Origin: a virus
DNA: 42,176 nucleotides
Virus record (IMG/VR): IMGVR_UViG_3300042922_000210
Location: 1 to 42,176 of that record
Direction: 5' to 3' (one strand)
In this document: positions 7,170-14,955 of the stretch, in pieces
Layout: the number at the start of each line of letters is the position of its first letter
Position numbering within the stretch: position 1 is the first letter of the stretch
The notes under the pieces: model-generated
Databases searched by the model: none
What the model saw: the letters and a program-made list of their open reading frames with translations, nothing else
What the model was told of the DNA's origin: nothing
Made by a program: the position numbers and the translations under genes

Positions 7170-8474
7170 CTAATGGTTATAGTCCTCATATTTCTGCACC
7201 CATCCTTTGAACAGGTACTTGAAAGCCTTCGTTCCCGTGTGCCGACCCTTCGCAATGGTGGACTGAACGATTACCCCATCCCGGCTTGTTTCGTCTGGAT
7301 CTTGCCAAAGGAATTCAACAGTGTCGGCCTCTTGCTCAATCTCCCCGGAATCTCGCAGGTGATGCAACTGCGGCGCTCCCTCTGCCCCTTCCCGGCTAAG
7401 TTGTGCTAGAAGGATTACCGGACAATCCAACTCCTGTGCCAGCCATTTGAAGCGTTTAGCTACTTCACCTACTGCGCGGCTCCAGGTCTCACCCTTCTGC
7501 TGCTTGATGTTCATCCGGGTTAAGTAGTCCACGAATATTGCTCCGACTCTGCCTTTTTGGCGATGAATCTGACGGGCCGTTGCCCTGACTTGGTCGAAAG
7601 TAACTCCTGAGCTGTCATCAATCATCATCGGATACTGGTTGAACATGGTGTGCGCCTTCTTGATTAGGTTAAATTCGAATTCACTGAGGTCTTTCTGCCG
7701 TATCTTGGCGTAATTGATTCCTGTGATGTTTGACATGATTCGTTCCTTTAGCTGATTGCTGGTCATTTCCAGTGAGTACACCAGTACATCCCCGGCATCC
7801 TGCCGCGCCATATTGGTCGCCATCTGCATGGCCCTTGCTGTTTTTCCAATGCTCGGCCGGCCGGCTAGTATGTATAGCCATCCTCTGCCGACTCCTCCTG
7901 ACCATGTGTCGAAGTTCTCAAACCCAGTTTTTATCAACGATTCCTTAGTCAACAATGACTCGATAAACGATTCTTCTGTGTCAGAGAAAGACTTCATTGC
8001 ACCTTTTAACTCCGGCCGCATTTGGGTGAACATGGTGTCCAGCAGCTGCAGGTATTCTTCCGGTGTTTCGAAATCATCCTCGGTGGTAATGGCTTGGATA
8101 TCTCCGGCCAACATCATCCCCTTAACTCGGATCGACTGGCGCTTGATGATCTTTACATAATGATTCGTGTATCCTCCGGTGAATTCGGATTTTGCTATCC
8201 GTGATAGGTTAGTTACTCCGCCGATCTCCTCCAGCACCTTTGCCTGTTGGAGTTTCGCGCTTACGGTGATAATGTCAACCGGTTCATTCTTGGAATAAAG
8301 GGATAAGGCTGCCTCGTAAATGTGCCGGAATGCGATCTCTTGGAAGTCTTCCGGGTGTAAGTGTCCGGCTAGTTCGTCCAATACCTTTCCACCCTGTAGC
8401 ACTACCGATATGATCCCTCGCTCAGCCTGTATGCTCTGTTCAGAGGTTAACAATGTCTCCATCGGTATATTCAT
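7170..8474 (-). CDS. dnaB: DnaB-like replicative DNA helicase
   Basis: 434 aa; Walker A ILAGRPSIGKTA, DnaB N-terminal and C-terminal signatures (LAQLSREGA...LRDSGEIEQEAD). Confidence 0.9.
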   Translation of the reverse strand: MNIPMETLLTSEQSIQAERGIISVVLQGGKVLDELAGHLHPEDFQEIAFRHIYEAALSLYSKNEPVDIITVSAKLQQAKVLEEIGGVTNLSRIAKSEFTGGYTNHYVKIIKRQSIRVKGMMLAGDIQAITTEDDFETPEEYLQLLDTMFTQMRPELKGAMKSFSDTEESFIESLLTKESLIKTGFENFDTWSGGVGRGWLYILAGRPSIGKTARAMQMATNMARQDAGDVLVYSLEMTSNQLKERIMSNITGINYAKIRQKDLSEFEFNLIKKAHTMFNQYPMMIDDSSGVTFDQVRATARQIHRQKGRVGAIFVDYLTRMNIKQQKGETWSRAVGEVAKRFKWLAQELDCPVILLAQLSREGAEGAPQLHHLRDSGEIEQEADTVEFLWQDPDETSRDGVIVQSTIAKGRHTGTKAFKYLFKGWVQKYEDYNH

Positions 8475-9255
8475 TGCGGTTCCTCATTTCTTCTTGCAGC
8501 TTCATCACATGATCTTGGTATGAAGATGATTGCTTTTCTCTTTCCAACTTCACGACTTGTGCCGACTTGATTGATTCTTTTGTGGTCTTACCTTCTTCAA
8601 CCAGTTCTTCAAGTACTCTTTTGGCATATGGAGCGTTTTTCTTTTCAGCCTTCTTAATGGCATATTCTATTACTTCGATATCAACTGTTCCGATGAATGA
8701 TGTAATTTCCTCTAGTTGTAAAACTCCCTTGCATTTCAGTTCGTATTTATTGATCCATTCCAGCACCTGTTGACGATAATTTGTGTCAGGAATTTCAGGT
8801 TCTAGTTTTGTTTTGTTTTGTTTTGTTTTGTTTGCATTTTTTTGCATTGCATTTGCATCACTTTTAGATGCATTTGCATCTGATTGCTTCTTTTCCCATC
8901 GTTTATTAGCTGCTTCGGACCGTTTTTCTGATACAGCGTCCCGATATTGCATCCTTTTTCGAAGGGAATTAGACCAAAATGTGATTCCGTCCGTTGCATA
9001 CAGTTCGAATTCTTCAATGCAATCCGATACAAATTTCTGCAAAATATCTGATTTGCATTGCAATTGCATTGCATAAGCATTGAATGCGTACTTGCTCTTA
9101 CAATCCAGTTGATACCCGTCTGATTCGGCCATGAGTTCATTTAGCATCCAGAACCACCCATACCCTTCGGCACCATATACGCCGCGCATTGCTGATATTT
9201 TCGGGTCATGTCTGGCGTTCATATCGTGCGAAAAGAATGGAGCCTTTTTTGCCAT
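8440..9255 (-). CDS. replisome organizer / DnaD-like replication initiation protein (DUF4373-type N-terminus)
   Basis: FFSHDMNARHDPKISAMRGVYGAEGYGWFWMLNELMAES is typical of the Lin1244/Lin1753-like N-domain; lies directly upstream of dnaB. Confidence 0.8.
   Translation of the reverse strand: MAKKAPFFSHDMNARHDPKISAMRGVYGAEGYGWFWMLNELMAESDGYQLDCKSKYAFNAYAMQLQCKSDILQKFVSDCIEEFELYATDGITFWSNSLRKRMQYRDAVSEKRSEAANKRWEKKQSDANASKSDANAMQKNANKTKQNKTKLEPEIPDTNYRQQVLEWINKYELKCKGVLQLEEITSFIGTVDIEVIEYAIKKAEKKNAPYAKRVLEELVEEGKTTKESIKSAQVVKLEREKQSSSYQDHVMKLQEEMRNRNEYTDGDIVNL
8805..9074. repeat. iteron cluster inside the organizer gene: (GTTTT)x5 followed by 8 TTGCAT copies plus one ATGCAT; candidate origin of replication
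   Basis: GTTTT x5 at 8805-8829. TTGCAT at 8832, 8842, 8847, 8853, 8874, 9053, 9064, 9069, plus ATGCAT at 8868. Confidence 0.5.
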
Positions 9256-9257
9256 GA

Positions 9258-9428
9258 TTACACCGCCTTGGTTTGACGTTCCTCAAACCACCGCATAACT
9301 TCGTCTGGATCAAACCGCAGTATCCGTTCAGAGATTCGAATGTGCGGCATACCTTCTTTAATCAGCTCGTAGACGGTGGGTCTGCTGATCTTGTACTTCT
9401 TTTGAATGTCTTTTGCGTCTACTAACAT
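9258..9428 (-). CDS. HTH_17 / excisionase-family DNA-binding protein (56 aa), not in ORF track
   Basis: MLVDAKDIQKKYKISRPTVYELIKEGMPHIRISERILRFDPDEVMRWFEERQTKAV; RBS GAGGTGA. Confidence 0.6.
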   Translation of the reverse strand: MLVDAKDIQKKYKISRPTVYELIKEGMPHIRISERILRFDPDEVMRWFEERQTKAV

Positions 9429-9441
9429 TGTTATCACCTCT

Positions 9442-9490
9442 TTGTACTTATCTTACTATAAGTTACGCAATTTGTACATCTACTTGTACA
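9442..9490. promoter_or_regulatory. three TTGTAC(A) sites in the divergent 116-bp control region (candidate operators and promoters)
   Basis: Sites at 9442, 9472, 9484. Minus-strand TGTACA-17-TAAGAT and plus-strand TTTACT-16-TATGAT promoter-like hexamers. Confidence 0.4.
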
Positions 9491-9544
9491 TAATGTTCTG
9501 AATCATTTACTTTATGGGCATGATGTATATGATAGAAATAGGTT

Positions 9545-9778
9545 ATGACTATAAAATGGCTGGTGAATAATGTGATTAAAAGCAAACTCCACGAACAAAT
9601 GTTGAAGCATAAAGTTAGAAATATATCTGAGTTGGCAAGGGTGACGGAATTGGACCGGCGCACCCTCACCAATATCTGGGATGAAAAGAATAAGAGAATT
9701 GACTATGAAACTCTCAATAAGCTTTGTGAGCATTTTGATTGCAACGTAGGGGATCTTCTGGAATACATCCCGGACTAA
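9545..9778 (+). CDS. XRE-family HTH protein (77 aa), opposite strand, convergent with the early operon
   Basis: NISELARVTELDRRTLTNIWDEK...LCEHFDCNVGDLLEY is an HTH_3/HTH_26 pattern. The 3' end overlaps 9775..9969 by 4 nt. Confidence 0.8.
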   Translation: MTIKWLVNNVIKSKLHEQMLKHKVRNISELARVTELDRRTLTNIWDEKNKRIDYETLNKLCEHFDCNVGDLLEYIPD

Positions 9779-9969
9779 GCACTCTTTAACTGCTGCAGCT
9801 CAGCCTCGGCTTTTTCGATACGGCGGGTTATGTGATTCCTCAACTCGCCGTAGTATTCGATATCTCCTAACACGCTGTATTTCGTTGCGTATAGCAAACA
9901 GTTTTCGTATACTTCGATTTCCCGTTTCATAACGGAGATGTCTGCGATTAATTGACTTCTTCTGCTCAT
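9775..9969 (-). CDS. hypothetical protein (64 aa)
   Basis: ORF track; last gene of the early operon. Confidence 0.6.
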   Translation of the reverse strand: MSRRSQLIADISVMKREIEVYENCLLYATKYSVLGDIEYYGELRNHITRRIEKAEAELQQLKSA

Positions 9970-10181
9970 GCGCTCACCACCCCGAATAAATCAACTTGTC
10001 CCTCATAATCTTCTGCATCAACGATGTACTCACGCTCCAGCCAACCGGCCGGGGCAGAACTGCCGTAGTTGAAGAATTGCTGCTGCACCGGAGCGCCCGG
10101 GATCCGGCAGGGATTCGCTGCGGCTGCTGTCTCCGTCCATACCCAGAAGGTTTTTGCGGTAACGCGCGTTCCGGTAGTCAT
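9966..10181 (-). CDS. hypothetical protein (71 aa)
   Basis: ORF track; start/stop overlaps with neighbours. Confidence 0.55.
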   Translation of the reverse strand: MTTGTRVTAKTFWVWTETAAAANPCRIPGAPVQQQFFNYGSSAPAGWLEREYIVDAEDYEGQVDLFGVVSA

Positions 10182-10399
10182 GCGCTCATCCCTTTCTTTT
10201 GCTTCCTCCGCGCCCGGACTTCTGCGTCCAGGTCATCTGCGATACTTTGCAGCTTCTTTCCTGTCTTACATGTATTGTGGCAATAGTGCTGGAACCGGTT
10301 GTGTTGGGTAGATAGGTATCCGGCTGTTTTCTTCTTAGTGCAGCTGCTGCAAACCTTGAGTAGTTCATCCAGATTCAGCAGCGTTTCCTTGCGGGTCAT
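10178..10399 (-). CDS. Cys/His-rich small protein (73 aa)
   Basis: ATG at 10399 in an ATGA overlap; CSSCTKKK...HYCHNTC. Confidence 0.6.
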   Translation of the reverse strand: MTRKETLLNLDELLKVCSSCTKKKTAGYLSTQHNRFQHYCHNTCKTGKKLQSIADDLDAEVRARRKQKKGMSA

Positions 10400-10536
10400 A
10401 TCAGCACCGCCAATGATGCCGCCAAGAGTAAGATAGACACACATATACGAATCAGCATGTCGTTTAAGGTGGGCAGCGTCTCTTCACGCACGGTGCATAT
10501 GGTTCCGTGCTGGTCACGGGTTACGAGTTGTTTCAT
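10396..10536 (-). CDS. 46-aa protein with hydrophobic C-terminal segment (tail-anchored membrane peptide), not in ORF track
   Basis: MKQLVTRDQHGTICTVREETLPTLNDMLIRICVSILLLAASLAVLI; ATGA overlaps at both ends. Confidence 0.5.
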   Translation of the reverse strand: MKQLVTRDQHGTICTVREETLPTLNDMLIRICVSILLLAASLAVLI

Positions 10537-10958
10537 GGGGTGACCTCCAGCAGTTCTGGATTTTCGTGGATTGAACCTAATACTTCATTCGTTCCTGTTT
10601 CGGTAAACAGGTAATCACCGTTATCTCCACGCTCCACACACCATGAACCGTCTACCATTTTCACAACACCTGTGATGTTCAAATCGACTGTGCAGCCAAT
10701 AGAGAAGTCTTCGTGCCGAATGATGTCACCTTCATAAATATCCATTCCATTTTTGTCTTTTAATCCAGTGTATTGTTGCAAAACAAACCGTCCTGGGAAC
10801 ATTGATTCATGGTACATCCCATCCATTTTGCGAAGGTTGATGTCTCCGGCAGGTGATATAACCAATTGCTCTATTACATTCTCGTACGCCCTATTTGTAT
10901 CTCTGAAGAAACTTTTATTTTCGTTATCCCAAACGCGGAATTTAATTTCTCTGCTCAT
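10533..10958 (-). CDS. YopX-family protein
   Basis: MSREIKFRVWDNE...GDIYEGDIIR...VLGSIHENPELL is typical of YopX. Confidence 0.8.
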   Translation of the reverse strand: MSREIKFRVWDNENKSFFRDTNRAYENVIEQLVISPAGDINLRKMDGMYHESMFPGRFVLQQYTGLKDKNGMDIYEGDIIRHEDFSIGCTVDLNITGVVKMVDGSWCVERGDNGDYLFTETGTNEVLGSIHENPELLEVTP

Positions 10959-11163
10959 TAATTTTCGCCTCTTTCAGTAGATTTGTAATAACTTCCGTCT
11001 GAATATCATCCATGCTCCATACCACGCGAAGCTCGTTTGCCCCTAAGGATCGTTTGAGCTTACGCTCCAGTAAAACTACCAAGTCGATGAATGACGCCTG
11101 TTTGGCCTGTTCTAGCTCGTCTGTGAGAGTGCCGGATAATGATGCCAAGAAACGTTTGAACAT
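10942..11163 (-). CDS. hypothetical protein (73 aa)
   Basis: ORF track. Confidence 0.6.
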   Translation of the reverse strand: MFKRFLASLSGTLTDELEQAKQASFIDLVVLLERKLKRSLGANELRVVWSMDDIQTEVITNLLKEAKINEQRN

Positions 11164-11534
11164 CAGGCTTCCTCCTTGTACTGGATTCGATCAAGTTCAT
11201 CGAACCAAAAGTTTTCTCCGTACTTCTCACGCTGCAGCTCAATGTATTTGTTCAGCACAGAGTTCTTCTCATGGATCACCTTGTGGCAGTAATTGCAGAC
11301 ACGAAGTCCGTTCTCTTTAACGCCCCGGCCGGATCCGCTCCGGGGCATGATGTGATGTGTTTGAGTTCCGCGGCTGACGAAGCAGACTTGGCAAAGACCA
11401 CCGGACTCAGCAATTAGTTCACCGACTACCCACAGGGGAAACTCTGCACGCTGTGAACGGGTCTTACTCTTTTTATGGTGCTTGAGAATGTCCTTTTTCC
11501 ACGCCGATACTTCCTTTTTCTTCTTCTTTTGCAT
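11163..11534 (-). CDS. HNH endonuclease
   Basis: CQVC...THHIMPRS...CNYCHKVIH; ATG at 11534, 5 nt after GGAGGTG. Confidence 0.85.
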   Translation of the reverse strand: MQKKKKKEVSAWKKDILKHHKKSKTRSQRAEFPLWVVGELIAESGGLCQVCFVSRGTQTHHIMPRSGSGRGVKENGLRVCNYCHKVIHEKNSVLNKYIELQREKYGENFWFDELDRIQYKEEA

Positions 11535-11548
11535 GGTCACACCTCCGA

Positions 11549-12391
11549 TTAGATTTCGAGTGCAGCCTGATTCGGATCTTCACTGACTTCTGTTACTTCA
11601 CCGGGAGCTTCTGCCCAATCTGTTACATCCACAATCTCGCTCATATCATCAGTCCCGGACTCGAAATGTTTGGTTGTTTCGTCCTGATCCACGGCACGCT
11701 GGAACTCTACGCTGATCGGCATATATTTCATTAGCGCCTTAAGCACGGTCTTCTTCGCCATCTCGTCAAAGTGGTCAACCCATGGGCCGTAAGTCTTGGC
11801 CTTGCTGAATTTATCGCGGTGGATCATGATATCCTGGCGACTCATGACCATGAAGGAGTAGCCGCCGTCTTTGAACTTGGCGTAAGAGTAATATTTCACT
11901 ACGGGGCCGCGCTCACCGTCTGCCGGAACGTGCCGCAGCTTTTCGTTGATACCATATTCGTACTCAAATTCATCATTCTGGTGGACTGCCTGGGCCATGA
12001 TGCTGCTGATCTGTCCGGTGCGCCGGGCAAGCTCTATCAGGCCTTTGTAACCAATCTGAAACTGGCATTCGTCCACGCCTTTATTCTTATATGGAATGAG
12101 GTAAGCATGACCAAGGATGGAAGGCTCAAGTCCCAGCTGCGCACACTGCATTACAGCTCCTAGAAGGCTCTCGGGCGTGCATACCTTCAGTTTGGGGTTA
12201 GTCCGTATGCTGGTTGTTGCAATACGTAGGAGACGGTCAGGAGTGAGGTGTTTCGGGATGGCTTGTGCAATCGCTGGCTTCATCTGCTCAAACAGGTCAT
12301 TGATGGTTTTGCCTCTGGTTGCTGGTGCTGTAGCAATTCCGGTCAATGCTCCTGCTAGTGCGTTTTGGTTAGTGGGTGCTTTCATATTCAT
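11549..12391 (-). CDS. recT: RecT-family single-strand annealing recombinase
   Basis: LRIATTSIRTNPKLKVCTPESLLGAVMQCAQLGLEPS..GHAYLIPY matches RecT. Confidence 0.9.
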   Translation of the reverse strand: MNMKAPTNQNALAGALTGIATAPATRGKTINDLFEQMKPAIAQAIPKHLTPDRLLRIATTSIRTNPKLKVCTPESLLGAVMQCAQLGLEPSILGHAYLIPYKNKGVDECQFQIGYKGLIELARRTGQISSIMAQAVHQNDEFEYEYGINEKLRHVPADGERGPVVKYYSYAKFKDGGYSFMVMSRQDIMIHRDKFSKAKTYGPWVDHFDEMAKKTVLKALMKYMPISVEFQRAVDQDETTKHFESGTDDMSEIVDVTDWAEAPGEVTEVSEDPNQAALEI

Positions 12392-12394
12392 GGT

Positions 12395-13270
12395 TTATAG
12401 ACCTCCGATTATTTTGAATACGCGACTGCCGCGTGCATTTGTTTTCCAAGAACAGAACTTTTCGCCCTGCCATAAAGCCAGTTCGTTTTCGCCCATAAGG
12501 TTTTTAACTTTGTTCTTCACATCTTCATGGGCTTCCTCGGCCTGTTTTAAGGCCTGTTTCGTGTCTATGAGTCTCTTAATGAGTTCGTAGTATGCCTCGC
12601 TGATGTTGACGCTTGTAGGGGCGCTGGCAGGGTACATATAGTTCATCAGATCCGTGTCCTGAGCCTTAACTTCCGGAAGTACTCCGGCCGTAACATGCTG
12701 TGTCCAAAAGTTTTCTTCAATGGTGATAAGGTTCTTGATCAGGTTGTCGTCACGCTCGATCACCCGCCACTGAAAGTCCCAACCGCCGATCAGCACGGCC
12801 ACATACCATTTGTCCGCACCGGTCACCGCCATATAGTGGTTAGCCTGTAGCTGATACTCCGTGGGAATGATCTCGGTTTGCCCATCAAACCAGTTGTTAC
12901 GCGAATACTCAGCAGTATTTTTAATCTCAAGCCCCGCATTCTCCCCGGGAACCCAGCGGTCAATATTCGCCAGCATGAACGGGTAGTCTTTATGTTGGAA
13001 GATGTAATTCTGCTTCTGGACCCGGATGCCGGTTTCTTCTGCAAACCAGTCCGCGACAACCGGCTCAAGTATCCGGCCAGCCTTCATTTTTGGATTGTCA
13101 GGAATCGGCGGTATCTCTCCGATCTTATCCAGGTAGACTTCCAAGGCCGATTTATACCGGCTCAGTCCGCAGATCGCAGCTACATCAGATCCACCAATCC
13201 CGCGCTTACGCCATTCCAGCCAGTCCTCATGTTCTAGGTCCTTTGTGCCAACTAAGCGAAGTGCTTGCAT
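12395..13270 (-). CDS. YqaJ-like viral recombinase exonuclease
   Basis: WLEWRKRGIGGSDVAAICGLSRYKSALEVYLDK...LEIKNT; paired with recT. Confidence 0.9.
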   Translation of the reverse strand: MQALRLVGTKDLEHEDWLEWRKRGIGGSDVAAICGLSRYKSALEVYLDKIGEIPPIPDNPKMKAGRILEPVVADWFAEETGIRVQKQNYIFQHKDYPFMLANIDRWVPGENAGLEIKNTAEYSRNNWFDGQTEIIPTEYQLQANHYMAVTGADKWYVAVLIGGWDFQWRVIERDDNLIKNLITIEENFWTQHVTAGVLPEVKAQDTDLMNYMYPASAPTSVNISEAYYELIKRLIDTKQALKQAEEAHEDVKNKVKNLMGENELALWQGEKFCSWKTNARGSRVFKIIGGL

Positions 13271-13311
13271 TGATCACTCACCCTTTCCGTGGTAGAATTA
13301 ATTTGTGAATT

Positions 13312-13464
13312 TTATAAAGCAACTGACATGGGTGGCCCTCCAACGGCTGCCCATTCTCTTTTTAGCACCCTTGCGTAGTTCTTAAAGCACGTCCTCACCC
13401 AGCGTTTATCATTCGGCCTCTGCTTCGCCAGTTCCAGGTATAGTGTCCGGTCCTGTGGGATCAT
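13312..13464 (-). CDS. possible 50-aa protein, not in ORF track
   Basis: MIPQDRTLYLELAKQRPNDKRWVRTCFKNYARVLKREWAAVGGPPMSVAL after GGAAGGAG. The 3' part coincides with a plus-strand hairpin. Confidence 0.3.
   Translation of the reverse strand: MIPQDRTLYLELAKQRPNDKRWVRTCFKNYARVLKREWAAVGGPPMSVAL
13328..13363 (+). terminator. terminator-like hairpin on the plus strand (antisense to the early operon)
   Basis: ATGGGTGGCC-ctccaac-GGCTGCCCAT followed by TCTCTTTTT. The two central pairs are G-U on plus-strand RNA but A-C on minus. Confidence 0.35.
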
Positions 13465-13511
13465 CCTCCTTCGTCTCCTTCCCGTAATGTTCGATTATGT
13501 CCAGTACCGTC

Positions 13512-13724
13512 TTAAGCAGATTCTTTCAGCTCTCTTTCCTCTTCGCGTTTCATAAACTCAGCAGCAAGTTCCATTTCAGCAAGGTATTCCTCGTAGGGTT
13601 TGATGAACGTTGCTTTGTATCCCCGGTCGTGTATCTTCCGCACCAAGTATTCATAGTCCGGAGCCGACCAACAGAAGTGCCGGCCGCACTCTGTATCTAC
13701 GATGAACTCTGTATCAGCTTGCAT
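13512..13724 (-). CDS. hypothetical protein (70 aa)
   Basis: ATG at 13724 after GAAGGAGGG. Confidence 0.6.
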   Translation of the reverse strand: MQADTEFIVDTECGRHFCWSAPDYEYLVRKIHDRGYKATFIKPYEEYLAEMELAAEFMKREEERELKESA

Positions 13725-13926
13725 CGTCAAACCCTCCTTCAAGTCTCCGCACCATCACCGGGATCTGGCAATCTACCGCCTCAAGCATGCAGGATTGACA
13801 ATGTGGCTCGTGGTGATCGTATACCTCGTACTCTGCGTCACGTCCGCAGCCGCATTTAGGCTCATTTGGAATTTTGAAGGTGTACACCGATGTGAATTTC
13901 CGAATCTCCGATTGCTTCTTAGCCAC
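13714..13926 (-). CDS. Cys-rich small protein (70 aa)
   Basis: CGCG...HCQSC; GTG after GAGGGGGAA. Confidence 0.6.
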   Translation of the reverse strand: MAKKQSEIRKFTSVYTFKIPNEPKCGCGRDAEYEVYDHHEPHCQSCMLEAVDCQIPVMVRRLEGGFDDAS

Positions 13927-14185
13927 TGTATATTCCCCCTCGAATGAATTTCTTGCTTACTGCCTCGATCCGGGCGCAGATGTCGTGCTGCCATTCCACA
14001 TCGTCAATCTTGTGGGACATTTGTGATTCGTTTTTGATATATCCGATCTCAATCATGACCTTAGCGTTAAGCTCCATGCATTGATCCAGTTCCGTTTGCT
14101 CCGACTTTCTGAGTTTGCGTTTCTTGGATATCATGTGCAGCTCAGCCAACCTCTCGTGTGCCGGTAATAGGGCCAGTTCGATCAT
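13919..14185 (-). CDS. hypothetical protein (88 aa)
   Basis: ORF track. Confidence 0.65.
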   Translation of the reverse strand: MIELALLPAHERLAELHMISKKRKLRKSEQTELDQCMELNAKVMIEIGYIKNESQMSHKIDDVEWQHDICARIEAVSKKFIRGGIYSG

Positions 14186-14186
14186 G

Positions 14187-14315
14187 TTACACCTCCACTT
14201 CTTGGATGTCGGTTAGGCCCAACTGTTTAATGATGCGGTCTGCAAGGATCTCTGAGTCCTCAGCCGTATCCAGCCAGTAATCGATCAACTGTATAAGTGT
14301 GCTTTTGTTATCCAA
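14187..14315 (-). CDS. 42-aa acidic protein (TTG start), not in ORF track
   Basis: MDNKSTLIQLIDYWLDTAEDSEILADRIIKQLGLTDIQEVEV after GGGGAG (7-nt spacer). Confidence 0.45.
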   Translation of the reverse strand: MDNKSTLIQLIDYWLDTAEDSEILADRIIKQLGLTDIQEVEV

Positions 14316-14451
14316 CTTTCTTCTCCCCTTTCACGTATGCCTCCATCAGCTGCTTCCGGTACTTCAAGTTCATCCGCGCTAATCTCACGTGCAATTTGTA
14401 CCAAGCCTGCGGTGATAGTCCAGGGTTTTTGCCTTGTGGTTGCAGTTTCAT
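14308..14451 (-). CDS. 47-aa basic protein, not in ORF track
   Basis: MKLQPQGKNPGLSPQAWYKLHVRLARMNLKYRKQLMEAYVKGEKKVG after AAGGAGG (7-nt spacer). Confidence 0.55.
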   Translation of the reverse strand: MKLQPQGKNPGLSPQAWYKLHVRLARMNLKYRKQLMEAYVKGEKKVG

Positions 14452-14519
14452 GCTGTAGCCTCCTTGGAAGTTTTATCCTTTTAAGTCGATTGGTGTCGGT
14501 ATATAATTGATACTAGTAA

Positions 14520-14927
14520 TCAATCTGGTATAAACGTGAACTTAGCTCCGTTCTGTGCGAGAAAGTCCATCATCAAACTTCTACCAGTTGTGTTCCTGTG
14601 CATGTTCGTTATGGATTCAATAAGTGCGTCCCCTAGAGCTTGAATGAACTTATTCTCGTAACAAGTAGTCATAAGCAAATGAGCAAGATCACCTTTTCCG
14701 AAATGTGTTCCTAGCTTTTCCTCTCTCATCTTTTGAGTCGAGAAGTAATCCCATGAGCCGTCATCCTTATATCTTTTAATTGGAGGGAATAATAAGAAGA
14801 AATCATCTATTGGCTTGAACAGCAGATCCTTTTCGACCAATTTCACAAAATGAATTATTAATTCAGGTTTTTGTTCTGCCATATCAACATTAGGTGCACC
14901 AACAAGTATTCGTCCGAATTTGATCAT
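14520..14927 (-). CDS. hypothetical protein (135 aa; the ORF track extends it to a GTG at 14999)
   Basis: First ATG downstream of the antirepressor stop. The longer version overlaps 14956..15777 by 44 nt and lacks an RBS. Confidence 0.6.
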   Translation of the reverse strand: MIKFGRILVGAPNVDMAEQKPELIIHFVKLVEKDLLFKPIDDFFLLFPPIKRYKDDGSWDYFSTQKMREEKLGTHFGKGDLAHLLMTTCYENKFIQALGDALIESITNMHRNTTGRSLMMDFLAQNGAKFTFIPD

Positions 14928-14955
14928 GCTCTCGTATGGGTTTAATTCACTCACT

